DNA of 64,000 bases from Utricularia gibba (lineage: Eukaryota; Plantae; Magnoliophyta), in the NCBI GenBank assembly GCA_002189035.1, contig NEEC01000136.1, positions 25,330-89,329 on the forward strand, read 5' to 3'. The notes beneath the pieces are model-generated. The model had not been told where the DNA came from, did not search any database, and worked only from the letters and a program-made list of their open reading frames with translations. Shown here piece after piece: positions 38,201 to 52,800 of this stretch. Numbering within the stretch: position 1 is the first letter of the stretch; every line of letters starts with the position of its first letter. Made by a program: the position numbers and the translations under genes.

Positions 38201-41200
38201 ACACTTGAGAAGGCGCTTTTGTGGGTCACCGAGATCGGGCCGGAATTCGGGTCGAGCTCGGGCCCAAAGTCAGCTGTAGCCCGACAAAAGAAGTGATGCA
38301 TTTATTAACGTTGGGTTGTCGGCGGCTGCCCACATGGTTTTTCAAGCAACAGCTTGCCGTTTTAAGGCGGGTGCTGTCGTTGGCAGCTTTGTAAGGGCCC
38401 AAGGTTTGGTCTGGCTCCTGAGCCCAATCGGGTCCTACTCGATGAAAATCGTGATGCATTTAATGAAGTTAGGATGTCATGAGCGCCCCAAATGGTTTTC
38501 TCAACAACCTGATTTATATTTGACGAGGTGCTCTAGGCTGGCACTAGTATCGAGCAAATGGTCGAGTCGCGCTCTGGCCCATAGTCATTTTAGCCCGGCC
38601 AAAAAAGTGATGCATTTATTAACGTTGGGTTTTCGGCGGCTGCCTACATGCTTTTTCAAGGAAAAGTTGTCGTTTTTTGGCGGGTGCTGTTGTTGGGAAC
38701 TTCGTCCGGACCCAAGGTTCGGTCTGACTTCACAGCACAATAAGGTCCCATTCGACGAAAATCGTGATACCTTTATTGAAGTTAGGATCTCATGACCACC
38801 CAAATGCTTTTTTCAACAGCATGCTAACTTGAGAAGGCGCTTTTGTGGGTCACCGAGATCGGGCCGGAATTCGGGTCGGCTCGGGCCAAAGTCAGCTGTA
38901 GCCCGAAAAAAGTGATGCATTTATTAACGTTGGTTGTCGGCGGCTGCCCAATGGTTTTTCAAGCAACAGCTTGCCGTTTTAAGGCGGGTGCTGTCGTTGG
39001 CAGCTTTGTAAGGGCCCAAGGTTTGGTCTGGCTCCTGAGCCCAATCGGGTCCTACTCGATGAAAATCGTGATGCATTTAATGAAGTTAGGATGTCATGAG
39101 CGCCCCAAATGGTTTTCTCAACAACCTGATTTATATTTGACGAGGTGCTCTAGGCTGGCACTAGTATCGAGCAAATGGTCGAGTCGCGCTCTGGCCCATA
39201 GTCATTTGTAGCCCGGCCAAAAAAGTGATGCATTTATTAACGTTGGGTTTTCGGCGGCTGCCTACATGCTTTTTCAAGGAAAAGTTGTCGTTTTTTGGCG
39301 GGTGCTGTTGTTGGGAACTTCGTCCGGACCCAAGGTTCGGTCTGACTTCACAGCACAATAAGGTCCCATTCGACGAAAATCGTGATACCTTTATTGAAGT
39401 TAGGATCTCATGACCACCCCAAATGCTTTTTTCAACAGCATGCTATACACTTGAGAAGGCGCTTTTGTGGGTCACCGAGATCGGGCCGGAATTCGGGTCG
39501 GCTCGGGCCCAAAGTCAGCTGTAGCCCGACAAAAGAAGTGATGCATTTATTAACGTTGGTTGTCGGCGGCTGCCCACATGGTTTTTCAAGCAACAGCTTG
39601 CCGTTTTAAGGCGGGTGCTGTCGTTGGCAGCTTTGTAAGGGCCCAAGGTTTGGTCTGGCTCCTGAGCCCAATCGGGTCCTACTCGATGAAAATCGTGATG
39701 CATTTAATGAAGTTAGGATGTCATGAGCGCCCCAAATGGTTTTCTCAACAACCTGATTTATATTTGACGAGGTGCTCTAGCTGGCACTAGTATCGAGCAA
39801 ATGGTCGAGTCGCGCTCTGGCCCATAGTCATTTGGCCCGGCCAAAAAAGTGATGCATTTATTAACGTTGGGTTTTCGGCGGCTGCCTACATGCTTTTTCA
39901 AGGAAAAGTTGTCGTTTTTTGGCGGGTGCTGTTGTTGGGAACTTCGTCCGGACCCAAGGTTCGGTCTGACTTCACAGCACAATAAGGTCCCATTCGACGA
40001 AAATCGTGATACCTTTATTGAAGTTAGGATCTCATGACCACCCCAAATGCTTTTTTCAACAGCATGCTTACACTTGAGAAGGCGCTTTTGTGGGTCACCG
40101 AGATCGGGCCGGAATTCGGGTCGGCTTGGGGACAAAGTCAGCTGTAGCCCGTCAAAAGAAGTGATGCATTTATTAACGTTGGGTTGTCGGCGGCTGCCCA
40201 CATGGTTTTTCAAGCAACAGCTTGCCGTTTTAAGGCGGGTGCTGTCGTTGGCAGCTTTGTAAGGAAGCCAATCGGGTCCTACTCGATGAAAATCGTGATG
40301 CATTTCCATGAGTTTGGTCTCCTCGATAGTCCCCCCAAACAAGGAAAAATTAGGAGCATCATGAGCGCCCCAAATGGTTTTCTCAACAACCTGATTTATA
40401 TTTGACGAGGTGCTCTAGGCTGGCACTAGTATCGAGCAAATGGTCGAGTCGCGCTCTGGCCCATAGTCATTTGTAGCCCGGCCAAAAAAGTGATGCATTT
40501 ATTAACGTTGGGTTTTCGGCGGCTGCCTACATGCTTTTTCAAGGAAAAGTTGTCGTTTTTTGGCGGGTGCTGTTGTTGGGAACTTCGTCCGGACCCAAGG
40601 TTCGGTCTGACTTCACAGCACAATAAGGTCCATTCGACGAAAATCGTGATACCTTTATTGAAGTTAGGATCTCATGACCACCCCAAATGCTTTTTTCAAC
40701 AGCATGCTATACACTTGAGAAGGCGCTTTTGTGGGTCACCGAGATCGGGCCGGAATTCGGGTCGAGCTCGGGCCAAAGTCAGCTGTAGCCCGACAAAAGA
40801 AGTGATGCATTTATTAACGTTGGTTGTCGGCGGCTGCCCACATGGTTTTTCAAGCAACAGCTTGCCGTTTTAAGGCGGGTGCTGTCGTTGGCAGCTTTGT
40901 AAGGGCCCAAGGTTTGGTCTGGCTCCTGAGCCCAATCGGGTCCTACTCGATGAAAATCGTGATGCATTTAATGAAGTTAGGATGTCATGAGCGCCCCAAA
41001 TGGTTTTCTCAACAACCTGATTTATATTGACGAGGTGCTCTAGGCTGGCACTAGTATCGAGCAATGGTCGAGTCGCGCTCTGGCCCATAGTCATTTGTAG
41101 CCCGGCCAAAAAAGTGATGCATTTATTAACGTTGGGTTTTCGGCGGCTGCCTACATGCTTTTTCAAGGAAAAGTTGTCGTTTTTTGGCGGGTGCTGTTGT

Positions 41201-44200
41201 TGGGAACTTCGTCCGGACCCAAGGTTCGGTCTGACTTCACAGCACAATAAGGTCCCATTCGACGAAAATCGTGATACCTTTATTGAAGTTAGGATCTCAT
41301 GACCACCCCAAATGCTTTTTTCAACAGCATGCTTTAAACTTGAGAAGGCGCTTTTGTGGGTCACCGATCGGGCCGGAATTCGGGTCGAGCTCGGGCCAAA
41401 GTCAGCTGTAGCCCGACAAAAGAAGTGATGCATTTATTAACGTTGGGTTGTCGGCGGCTGCCCACATGGTTTTTCAAGCAACAGCTTGCCGTTTTAAGGC
41501 GGGTGCTGTCGTTGGCAGCTTTGTAAGGGCCCAAGGTTTGGTCTGGCTCCTGAGCCCAATCGGGTCCTACTCGATGAAAATCGTGATGCATTTAATGAAG
41601 TTAGGATGTCATGAGCGCCCCAAATGGTTTTCTCAACAACCTGATTTATATTTGACGAGGTGCTCTAGGCTGGCACTAGTATCGAGCAAATGGTCGAGTC
41701 GCGCTCTGGCCCATAGTCATTTGTAGCCCGGCCAAAAAAGTGATGCATTTATTAACGTTGGGTTTTCGGCGGCTGCCTACATGCTTTTTCAAGGAAAAGT
41801 TGTCGTTTTTTGGCGGGTGCTGTTGTTGGGAACTTCGTCCGGACCCAAGGTTCGGTCTGACTTCACAGCACAATAAGGTCCCATTCGACGAAAATCGTGA
41901 TACCTTTATTGAAGTTAGGATCTCATGACCACCCCAAATGCTTTTTTCAACAGCATGCTATACACTTGAGAAGGCGCTTTTGTGGGTCACCGAGATCGGG
42001 CCGGAATTCGGGTCGGCTCGGGCCAAAGTCAGCTGTAGCCCGAAAAGAAGTGATGCATTTATTAACGTTGGGTTGTCGGCGGCTGCCCACATGGTTTTTC
42101 AAGCAACAGCTTGCCGTTTTAAGGCGGGTGCTGTCGTTGGCAGCTTTGTAAGGGCCCAAGGTTTGGTCTGGCTCCTGAGCCCAATCGGGTCCTACTCGAT
42201 GAAAATCGTGATGCATTTAATGAAGTTAGGATGTCATGAGCGCCCCAAATGGTTTTCTCAACAACCTGATTTATATTGACGAGGTGCTCTAGGCTGGCAC
42301 TAGTATCGAGCAAATGGTCGAGTCGCGCTCTGGCCCATAGTCATTTGTAGCCCGGCCAAAAAAGTGATGCATTTATTAACGTTGGGTTTTCGGCGGCTGC
42401 CTACATGCTTTTTCAAGGAAAAGTTGTCGTTTTTTGGCGGGTGCTGTTGTTGGGAACTTCGTCCGGACCCAAGGGTTCGGTCTGACTTCACAGCACAATA
42501 AGGTCCCATTCGACGAAAATCGTGATACCTTTATTGAAGTTAGGATCTCATGACCACCCCAAATGCTTTTTTCAACAGCATGCTATACACTTGAGAAGGC
42601 GCTTTTGTGGGTCACCGATCGGGCCGGAATTCGGGTCGAGCTCGGGCCCAAAGTCAGCTGTAGCCCGACAAAAGAAGTGATGCATTTATTAACGTTGGGT
42701 TGTCGGCGGCTGCCCACATGGTTTTTCAAGCAACAGCTTGCCGTTTTAAGGCGGGTGCTGTCGTTGGCAGCTTTGTAAGGGCCCAAGGTTTGGTCTGGCT
42801 CCTGAGCCCAATCGGGTCCTACTCGATGAAAATCGTGATGCATTTAATGAAGTTAGGATGTCATGAGCGCCCCAAATGGTTTTCTCAACAACCTGATTTA
42901 TATTTGACGAGGTGCTCTAGGCTGGCACTAGTATCGAGCAAATGGTCGAGTCGCGCTCTGGCCCATAGTCATTTGTAGCCCGGCCAAAAAAGTGATGCAT
43001 TTATTAACGTTGGGTTTTCGGCGGCTGCCTACATGCTTTTTCAAGGAAAAGTTGTCGTTTTTTGGCGGGTGCTGTTGTTGGGAACTTCGTCCGGACCCAA
43101 GGTTCGGTCTGACTTCACAGCACAATAAGGTCCCATTCGACGAAAATCGTGATACCTTTATTGAAGTTAGGATCTCATGACCACCCAAAATGCTTTTTTC
43201 AACAGCATGCTATACACTTGAGAAGGCGCTTTTGTGGGTCACCGATCGGGCCGGAATTCGGGTCGAGCTCGGGCCCAAAGTCAGCTGTAGCCCGACAAAA
43301 GAAGTGATGCATTTATTAACGTTGGGTTGTCGGCGGCTGCCCACATGGTTTTTCAAGCAACAGCTTGCCGTTTTAAGGCGGGTGCTGTCGTTGGCAGCTT
43401 TGTAAGGGCCCAAGGTTTGGTCTGGCTCCTGAGCCCAATCGGGTCCTACTCGATGAAAATCGTGATGCATTTAATGAAGTTAGGATGTCATGAGCGCCCC
43501 AAATGGTTTTCTCAACAACCTGATTTATATTTGACGAGGTGCTCTAGGCTGGCTAGTATCGAGCAAATGGTCGAGTCGCGCTCTGGCCCATAGTCATTTG
43601 TAGCCCGGCCAAAAAAGTGATGCATTTATTAACGTTGGGTTTTCGGCGGCTGCCTACATGCTTTTTCAAGGAAAAGTTGTCGTTTTTTGGCGGTGCTGTT
43701 GTTGGGAACTTCGTCCGGACCCAAGGTTCGGTCTGACTTCACAGCACAATAAGGTCCCATTCGACGAAAATCGTGATACCTTTATTGAAGTTAGGATCTC
43801 ATGACCACCCCAAATGCTTTTTTCAACAGCATGCTTTACACTTGAGAAGGCGCTTTTGTGGGTCACCGAGATCGGGCCGGAATTCGGGTCGAGCTCGGGC
43901 CCAAAGTCAGCTGTAGCCCGACAAAAGAAGTGATGCATTTATTAACGTTGGGTTGTCGGCGGCTGCCCACATGGTTTTTCAAGCAACAGCTTGCCGTTTT
44001 AAGGCGGGTGCTGTCGTTGGCAGCTTTGTAAGGGCCCAAGGTTTGTCTGGCTCCTGAGCCCAATCGGGTCCTACTCGATGAAAATCGTGATGCATTTAAT
44101 GAAGTTAGGATGTCATGAGCGCCCCAAATGGTTTTCTCAACAACCTGATTTATATTTGACGAGGTGCTCTAGGCTGGCACTAGTATCGAGCAAATGGTCG

Positions 44201-47200
44201 AGTCGCGCTCTGGCCCATAGTCATTTGTAGCCCGGCCAAAAAAGATGCATTTATTAACGTTGGGTTTTCGGCGGCTGCCTACATGCTTTTCAAGGAAAAG
44301 TTGTCGTTTTTTGGCGGGTGCTGTTGTTGGGAACTTCGTCCGGACCCAAGGTTCGGTCTGACTTCACAGCACAATAAGGTCCCATTCGACGAAAATCGTG
44401 ATACCTTTATTGAAGTTAGGATCTCATGACCACCCAAATGCTTTTTTCAACAGCATGCTAACACTTGAGAAGGCGCTTTTGTGGGTCACCGAGATCGGGG
44501 AATTCGGGTCGGGCTCGGGCCCAAAGTCAGCTGTAGCCCGAAAAGAAGTGATGCATTTATTAACGTTGGGTTGTCGCGGCGCTGCCCACATGGTTTTTCA
44601 AGCAACAGCTTGCCGTTTTAAGGCGGGTGCTGTCGTTGGCAGCTTTGTAAGGGCCCAAGGTTTGGTCTGGCTCCTGAGCCCAATCGGGTCCTACTCGATG
44701 AAAATCGTGATGCATTTAATGAAGTTAGGATGTCATGAGCGCCCCAAATGGTTTTCTCAACAACCTGATTTATATTTGACGAGGTGCTCTAGGCTGGCAC
44801 TAGTATCGAGCAAATGGTCGAGTCGCGCTCTGGCCCATAGTCATTTGTAGCCCGGCCAAAAAAGTGATGCATTTATTAACGTTGGGTTTTCGGCGGCTGC
44901 CTACATGCTTTTTCAAGGAAAAGTTGTCGTTTTTTGGCGGGTGCTGTTGTTGGGAACTTCGTCCGGACCCAAGGTTCGGTCTGACTTCACAGCACAATAA
45001 GGTCCCATTCGACGAAAATCGTGATACCTTTATTGAAGTTAGGATCTCATGACCCCCAAATGCTTTTTTCAACAGCATGCTATACACTTGAGAAGGCGCT
45101 TTTGTGGGTCACCGAGATCGGGCCGGAATTCGGGTCGAGCTCGGCCCAAAGTCAGCTGTAGCCCGAAAAAGAAGTGATGCATTTATTAACGTTGGGTTGT
45201 CGGCGGCTGCCCACATGGTTTTTCAAGCAACAGCTTGCCGTTTTAAGGCGGGTGCTGTCGTTGGCAGCTTTGTAAGGGCCCAAGGTTTGGTCTGGCTCCT
45301 GAGCCCAATCGGGTCCTACTCGATGAAAATCGTGATGCATTTAATGAAGTTAGGATGTCATGAGCGCCCCAAATGGTTTTCTCAACAACCTGATTTTTAT
45401 TGACGAGGTGCTCTAGCTGGCACTAGTATCGAGCAAATGGTCGAGTCGCGCTCTGGCCCATAGTCATTTGTAGCCCGGCCAAAAAAGTGATGCATTTATT
45501 AACGTTGGGTTTTCGGCGGCTGCCTACATGCTTTTTCAAGGAAAAGTTGTCGTTTTTTGGCGGGTGCTGTTGTTGGGAACTTCGTCCGGACCCAAGGTTC
45601 GGTCTGACTTCACAGCACAATAAGGTCCCATTCGACGAAAATCGTGATACCTTTATTGAAGTTAGGATCTCATGACCACCCCAAATGCTTTTTTCAACAG
45701 CATGCTATACACTTGAGAAGGCGCTTTTGTGGGTCACCGAGATCGGGCCGGAATTCGGGTCGAGCTCGGGCCCAAAGTCAGCTGTAGCCCGACAAAGAAG
45801 TGATGCATTTATTAACGTTGGGTTGTCGGCGGCTGCCCACATGGTTTTTCAAGCAACAGCTTGCCGTTTTAAGGCGGGTGCTGTCGTTGGCAGCTTTGTA
45901 AGGGCCCAGGTTCGGTCTGGAGCCCAATCGGGTCCTCGATGAAAATCGTGATGCATTTGGTTAGGATGTCATGAGCCCAATGGTTTTCTCACAACTTTAT
46001 ATTTGAGAAGGCGCCAAGAGCTCGCCCATAGTCAGTAGGGAAAATAAGTGATGCATTTATAACGTTGGGTTTTCGGCGGCTGCCTAAATGGTTTTCAAGC
46101 AACAGCTTGCCGTTTTAAGGCGGTGCTGTCGTTGGCAGCTTTGTAAGGGCCCAAGGTTTGGTCTGGCTCCTGAGCCCAATCGGGTCCTACTCGATGAAAA
46201 TCGTGATGCATTTAATGAAGTTAGGATGTCATGAGCGCCCCAAATGGTTTTCTCAACAACCTGATTTTTATTGACGAGGTGCTTTAGGCTGGCACTAGTA
46301 TCGAGCAAATGGTCGAGTCGCGCTCTGGCCCATAGTCATTTGTAGCCCGGCCAAAAAAGTGATGCATTTATTAACGTTGGGTTTTCGGCGGCTGCCTACA
46401 TGCTTTTTCAAGGAAAAGTTGTCGTTTTTTGGCGGGTGCTGTTGTTGGGAACTTCGTCCGGACCCAAGGTTCGGTCTGACTTCACAGCACAATAAGGTCC
46501 CATTCGACGAAAATCGTGATACCTTTATTGAAGTTAGGATCTCATGACCACCCCAAATGCTTTTTTCAACAGCATGCTATACACTTGAGAAGGCGCTTTT
46601 GTGGGTCACCGAGATCGGGCCCGGAATTCGGGTCGAGCTCGGGCCCAAAGTCAGCTGTAGCCCGACAAAAGAAGTGATGCATTTATTAACGTTGGGTTGT
46701 CGGCGGCTGCCCACATGGTTTTTCAAGCAACAGCTTGCCGTTTTAAGGCGGGTGCTGTCGTTGGCAGCTTTGTAAGGGCCCAAGGTTTGGTCTGGCTCCT
46801 GAGCCCAATCGGGTCCTACTCGATGAAAATCGTGATGCATTTAATGAAGTTAGGATGTCATGAGCGCCCCAAATGGTTTTCTCAACAACCTGATTTATAT
46901 TTGACGAGGTGCTCTAGGCTGGCACTAGTATCGAGCAAATGGTCGAGTCGCGCTCTGGCCCATAGTCATTTGTAGCCCGGCCAAAAAAGTGATGCATTTA
47001 TTAACGTTGGGTTTTCGGCGGCTGCCTACATGCTTTTTCAAGGAAAAGTTGTCGTTTTTTGGCGGGTGCTGTTGTTGGGAACTTCGTCCGGACCCAAGGT
47101 TCGGTCTGACTTCACAGCACAATAAGGTCCCATTCGACGAAAATCGTGATACCTTTATTGAAGTTAGGATCTCATGACCACCCCAAATGCTTTTTTCAAC

Positions 47201-49185
47201 AGCATGCTTTACACTTGAGAAGGCGCTTTTGTGGGTCACCGATCGGGCCGGAATTCGGGTCGGCTCGGGCCCAAAGTCAGCTGTAGCCCGACAAAAGAAG
47301 TGATGCATTTATTAACGTTGGGTTGTCGGCGGCTGCCCACATGGTTTTTCAAGCAACAGCTTGCCGTTTTAAGGCGGGTGCTGTCGTTGGCAGCTTTGTA
47401 AGGGCCCAAGGTTTGGTCTGGCTCCTGAGCCCAATCGGGTCCTACTCGATGAAAATCGTGATGCATTTAATGAAGTTAGGATGTCATGAGCGCCCCAAAT
47501 GGTTTTCTCAACAACCTGATTTATATTTGACGAGGTGCTCTAGGCTGGCACTAGTATCGAGCAAATGGTCGAGTCGCGCTCTGGCCCATAGTCATTTGTA
47601 GCCCGGCCAAAAAAGTGATGCATTTATTAACGTTGGGTTTTCGGCGGCTGCCTACATGCTTTTTCAAGGAAAAGTTGTCGTTTTTTGGCGGGTGCTGTTG
47701 TTGGGAACTTCGTCCGGACCCAAGGTTCGGTCTGACTTCACAGCACAATAAGGTCCCATTCGACGAAAATCGTGATACCTTTATTGAAGTTAGGATCTCA
47801 TGACCACCCCAAATGCTTTTTTCAACAGCATGCTATACACTTGAGAAGGCGCTTTTGTGGGTCACCGAGATCGGGCCGGAATTCGGGTCGAGCTCGGGCC
47901 CAAAGTCAGCTGTAGCCCGACAAAAGAAGTGATGCATTTATTAACGTTGGGTTGTCGGCGGCTGCCCACATGGTTTTTCAAGCAACAGCTTGCCGTTTTA
48001 AGGCGGGTGCTGTCGTTGGCAGCTTTGTAAGGGCCCAAGGTTTGGTCTGGCTCCTGAGCCCAATCGGGTCCTACTCGATGAAAATCGTGATGCATTTAAT
48101 GAAGTTAGGATGTCATGAGCGCCCCAAATGGTTTTCTCAACAACCTGATTTATATTTGACGAGGTGCTCTAGGCTGGCACTAGTATCGAGCAAATGGTCG
48201 AGTCGCGCTCTGGCCCATAGTCATTTGTAGCCCGGCCAAAAAAGTGATGCATTTATTAACGTTGGGTTTTCGGCGGCTGCCTACATGCTTTTTCAAGGAA
48301 AAGTTGTCGTTTTTTGGCGGGTGCTGTTGTTGGGAACTTCGTCCGGACCCAAGGTTCGGTCTGACTTCACAGCACAATAAGGTCCCATTCGACGAAAATC
48401 GTGATACCTTTATTGAAGTTAGGATCTCATGACCACCCCAAATGCTTTTTTCAACAGCATGCTATACACTTGAGAAGGCGCTTTTGTGGGTCACCGAGAT
48501 CGGGCCGGAATTCGGGTCGGCTCGGGCCCAAAGTCAGCTGTAGCCCGACAAAAGAAGTGATGCATTTATTAACGTTGGGTTGTCGGCGGCTGCCCACATG
48601 GTTTTTCAAGCAACAGCTTGCCGTTTTAAGGCGGGTGCTGTCGTTGGCAGCTTTGTAAGGGCCCAAGGTTTGGTCTGGCTCCTGAGCCCAATCGGGTCCT
48701 ACTCGATGAAAATCGTGATGCATTTAATGAAGTTAGGATGTCATGAGCGCCCCAAATGGTTTTCTCAACAACCTGATTTATATTTGACGAGGTGCTCTAG
48801 GCTGGCACTAGTATCGAGCAAATGGTCGAGTCGCGCTCTGGCCCATAGTCATTTGTAGCCCGGCCAAAAAAGTGATGCATTTATTAACGTTGGGTTTTCG
48901 GCGGCTGCCTACATGCTTTTTCAAGGAAAAGTTGTCGTTTTTTGGCGGGTGCTGTTGTTGGGAACTTCGTCCGGACCCAAGGTTCGGTCTGACTTCACAG
49001 CACAATAAGGTCCCATTCGACGAAAATCGTGATACCTTTATTGAAGTTAGGATCTCATGACCACCCCAAATGCTTTTTTCAACAGCATGCTATACACTTG
49101 AGAAGGCGCTTTTGTGGGTCACCGAGATCGGGCCGGAATTCGGGTCGAGCTCGGGCCCAAAGTCAGCTGTAGCCCGACAAAAGAA

Positions 49186-49814
49186 GTGATGCATTTATTA
49201 ACGTTGGGTTGTCGGCGGCTGCCCACATGGTTTTTCAAGCAACAGCTTGCCGTTTTAAGGCGGGTGCTGTCGTTGGCAGCTTTGTAAGGGCCCAAGGTTT
49301 GGTCTGGCTCCTGAGCCCAATCGGGTCCTACTCGATGAAAATCGTGATGCATTTAATGAAGTTAGGATGTCATGAGCGCCCCAAATGGTTTTCTCAACAA
49401 CCTGATTTATATTTGACGAGGTGCTCTAGGCTGGCACTAGTATCGAGCAAATGGTCGAGTCGCGCTCTGGCCCATAGTCATTTGTAGCCCGGCCAAAAAA
49501 GTGATGCATTTATTAACGTTGGGTTTTCGGCGGCTGCCTACATGCTTTTTCAAGGAAAAGTTGTCGTTTTTTGGCGGGTGCTGTTGTTGGGAACTTCGTC
49601 CGGACCCAAGGTTCGGTCTGACTTCACAGCACAATAAGGTCCCATTCGACGAAAATCGTGATACCTTTATTGAAGTTAGGATCTCATGACCACCCCAAAT
49701 GCTTTTTTCAACAGCATGCTATACACTTGAGAAGGCGCTTTTGTGGGTCACCGAGATCGGGCCGGAATTCGGGTCGAGCTCGGGCCCAAAGTCAGCTGTA
49801 GCCCGACAAAAGAA
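49186..49814 (+). repeat. Representative consensus-like 4-mer HOR unit (629 bp = 158+157+157+157)
   Basis: A1 49186-49343, B1 49344-49500, A2 49501-49657, B2a 49658-49814, next A1 at 49815. Lengths were counted by hand. Confidence 0.95.
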
Positions 49815-52800
49815 GTGATGCATTTATTAACGTTGGGTTGTCGGCGGCTGCCCACATGGTTTTTCAAGCAACAGCTTGCCGTTTTAAGGCGGGTGCTGTC
49901 GTTGGCAGCTTTGTAAGGGCCCAAGGTTTGGTCTGGCTCCTGAGCCAATCGGGTCCTACTCGATGAAAATCGTGATGCATTTAATGAAGTTAGGATGTCA
50001 TGAGCGCCCCAAATGGTTTTCTCAACAACCTGATTTTTATTGACGAGGTGCTTTAGGCTGGCACTAGTATCGAGCAAATGGTCGAGTCGCGCTCTGGCCC
50101 ATAGTCATTTTAGCCCGGCCAAAAAAGTGATGCATTTATTAACGTTGGGTTTTCGGCGGCTGCCTACATGCTTTTTCAAGGAAAAGTTGTCGTTTTTTGG
50201 CGGGTGCTGTTGTTGGGAACTTCGTCCGGACCCAAGGTTCGGTCTGACTTCACAGCACAATAAGGTCCCATTCGACGAAAATCGTGATACCTTTATTGAA
50301 GTTAGGATCTCATGACCACCCCAAATGCTTTTTTCAACAGCATGCTTACACTTGAGAAGGCGCTTTTGTGGGTCACCGAGATCGGGCCGGAATTCGGGTC
50401 GAGCTCGGGCCCAAAGTCAGCTGTAGCCCGACAAAAGAAGTGATGCATTTATTAACGTTGGGTTGTCGGCGGCTGCCCACATGGTTTTTCAAGCAACAGC
50501 TTGCCGTTTTAAGGCGGGTGCTGTCGTTGGCAGCTTTGTAAGGGCCCAAGGTTTGGTCTGGCTCCTGAGCCCAATCGGGTCCTACTCGATGAAAATCGTG
50601 ATGCATTTAATGAAGTTAGGATGTCATGAGCGCCCCAAATGGTTTCTCAACAACCTGATTTTATTTGACGAGGTGCTCTAGGCTGGCACTAGTATCGCAA
50701 ATGGTCGAGTCGCGCTCTGGCCCATAGTCATTTGTAGCCCGGCCAAAAAAGTGATGCATTTATTAACGTTGGGTTTTCGGCGGCTGCCTACATGCTTTTT
50801 CAAGGAAAAGTTGTCGTTTTTTGGCGGGTGCTGTTGTTGGGAACTTCGTCCGGACCCAAGGTTCGGTCTGACTTCACAGCACAATAAGGTCCCATTCGAC
50901 GAAAATCGTGATACCTTTATTGAAGTTAGGATCTCATGACCACCCCAAATGCTTTTTTCAACAGCATGCTATACACTTGAGAAGGCGCTTTTGTGGTCAC
51001 CGAGATCGGGCCGGAATTCGGGTCGAGCTCGGGCCCAAAGTCAGCTGTAGCCCGACAAAAGAAGTGATGCATTTATTAACGTTGGGTTGTCGGCGGCTGC
51101 CCACATGGTTTTTCAAGCAACAGCTTGCCGTTTTAAGGCGGGTGCTGTCGTTGGCAGCTTTGTAAGGGCCCAAGGTTTGGTCTGGCTCCTGAGCCCAATC
51201 GGGTCCTACTCGATGAAAATCGTGATGCATTTAATGAAGTTAGGATGTCATGAGCGCCCCAAATGGTTTTCTCAACAACCTGATTTATATTTGACGAGGT
51301 GCTCTAGGCTGGCACTAGTATCGAGCAAATGGTCGAGTCGCGCTCTGGCCCATAGTCATTTGTAGCCCGGCCAAAAAAGTGATGCATTTATTAACGTTGG
51401 GTTTTCGGCGGCTGCCTACATGCTTTTTCAAGGAAAAGTTGTCGTTTTTTGGCGGGTGCTGTTGTTGGAACTTCGTCCGGACCCAAGGTTCGGTCTGACT
51501 TCACAGCACAATAAGGTCCCATTCGACGAAAATCGTGATACCTTTATTGAAGTTAGGATCTCATGACCACCCCAAATGCTTTTTTCAACAGCATGCTATA
51601 CACTTGAGAAGGCGCTTTTGTGGGTCACCGAGATCGGCCGGAATTCGGGTCGAGCTCGGGCCCAAAGTCAGCTGTAGCCCGACAAAAGAAGTGATGCATT
51701 TATTAACGTTGGGTTGTCGGCGGCTGCCCACATGGTTTTTCAAGCAACAGCTTGCCGTTTTAAGGCGGGTGCTGTCGTTGGCAGCTTTGTAAGGGCCCAA
51801 GGTTTGGTCTGGCTCCTGAGCCCAATCGGGTCCTACTCGATGAAAATCGTGATGCATTTAATGAAGTTAGGATGTCATGAGCGCCCCAAATGGTTTTCTC
51901 AACAACCTGATTTATATTTGACGAGGTGCTCTAGGCTGGCACTAGTATCGAGCAAATGGTCGAGTCGCGCTCTGGCCCATAGTCATTTGTAGCCCGGCCA
52001 AAAAAGTGATGCATTTATTAACGTTGGGTTTTCGGCGGCTGCCTACATGCTTTTTCAAGGAAAAGTTGTCGTTTTTTGGCGGGTGCTGTTGTTGGGAACT
52101 TCGTCCGGACCCAAGGTTCGGTCTGACTTCACAGCACAATAAGGTCCCATTCGACGAAAATCGTGATACCTTTATTGAAGTTAGGATCTCATGACCACCC
52201 CAAATGCTTTTTTCAACAGCATGCTATACACTTGAGAAGGCGCTTTTGTGGGTCACCGAGATCGGGCCGGAATTCGGGTCGAGCTCGGGCCAAAGTCAGC
52301 TGTAGCCCGACAAAAGAAGTGATGCATTTATTAACGTTGGGTTGTCGGCGGCTGCCCACATGGTTTTTCAAGCAACAGCTTGCCGTTTTAAGGGGTGCTG
52401 TCGTTGGCAGCTTTGTAAGGGCCCAAGGTTTGGTCTGGCTCCTGAGCCCAATCGGGTCCTACTCGATGAAAATCGTGATGCATTTAATGAAGTTAGGATG
52501 TCATGAGCGCCCCAAATGGTTTTCTCAACAACCTGATTTATATTTGACGAGGTGCTCTAGGCTGGCACTAGTATCGAGCAAATGGTCGAGTCGCGCTCTG
52601 GCCCATAGTCATTTGTAGCCCGGCCAAAAAAGTGATGCATTTATTAACGTTGGGTTTTCGGCGGCTGCCTACATGCTTTTTCAAGGAAAAGTTGTCGTTT
52701 TTTGGCGGGTGCTGTTGTTGGGAACTTCGTCCGGACCCAAGGTTCGGTCTGACTTCACAGCACAATAAGGTCCCATTCGACGAAAATCGTGATACCTTTA

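Noticed and set aside
40260-40365. Apparently non-repeat sequence (…CATTTCCATGAGTTTGGTCTCCTCGATAGTCCCCCCAAACAAGGAAAAATTAGG…) as a foreign insertion
   Set aside because: It consists of short satellite fragments (TTTGGTCT, CTCCT, ATAGTC, GGAAAA, TTAGG) with no target-site duplication or terminal repeats. It is best explained as a scrambled consensus of an extra dimer.
49138-49154. CENP-B-box-like string TTCGggtcgAgctCGGG in B2a
   Set aside because: The canonical core is TTCG-N4-A-N2-CGGG. This string has N5 and N3 spacing, so it is 2 nt too long. I found no exact match on either strand by eye.
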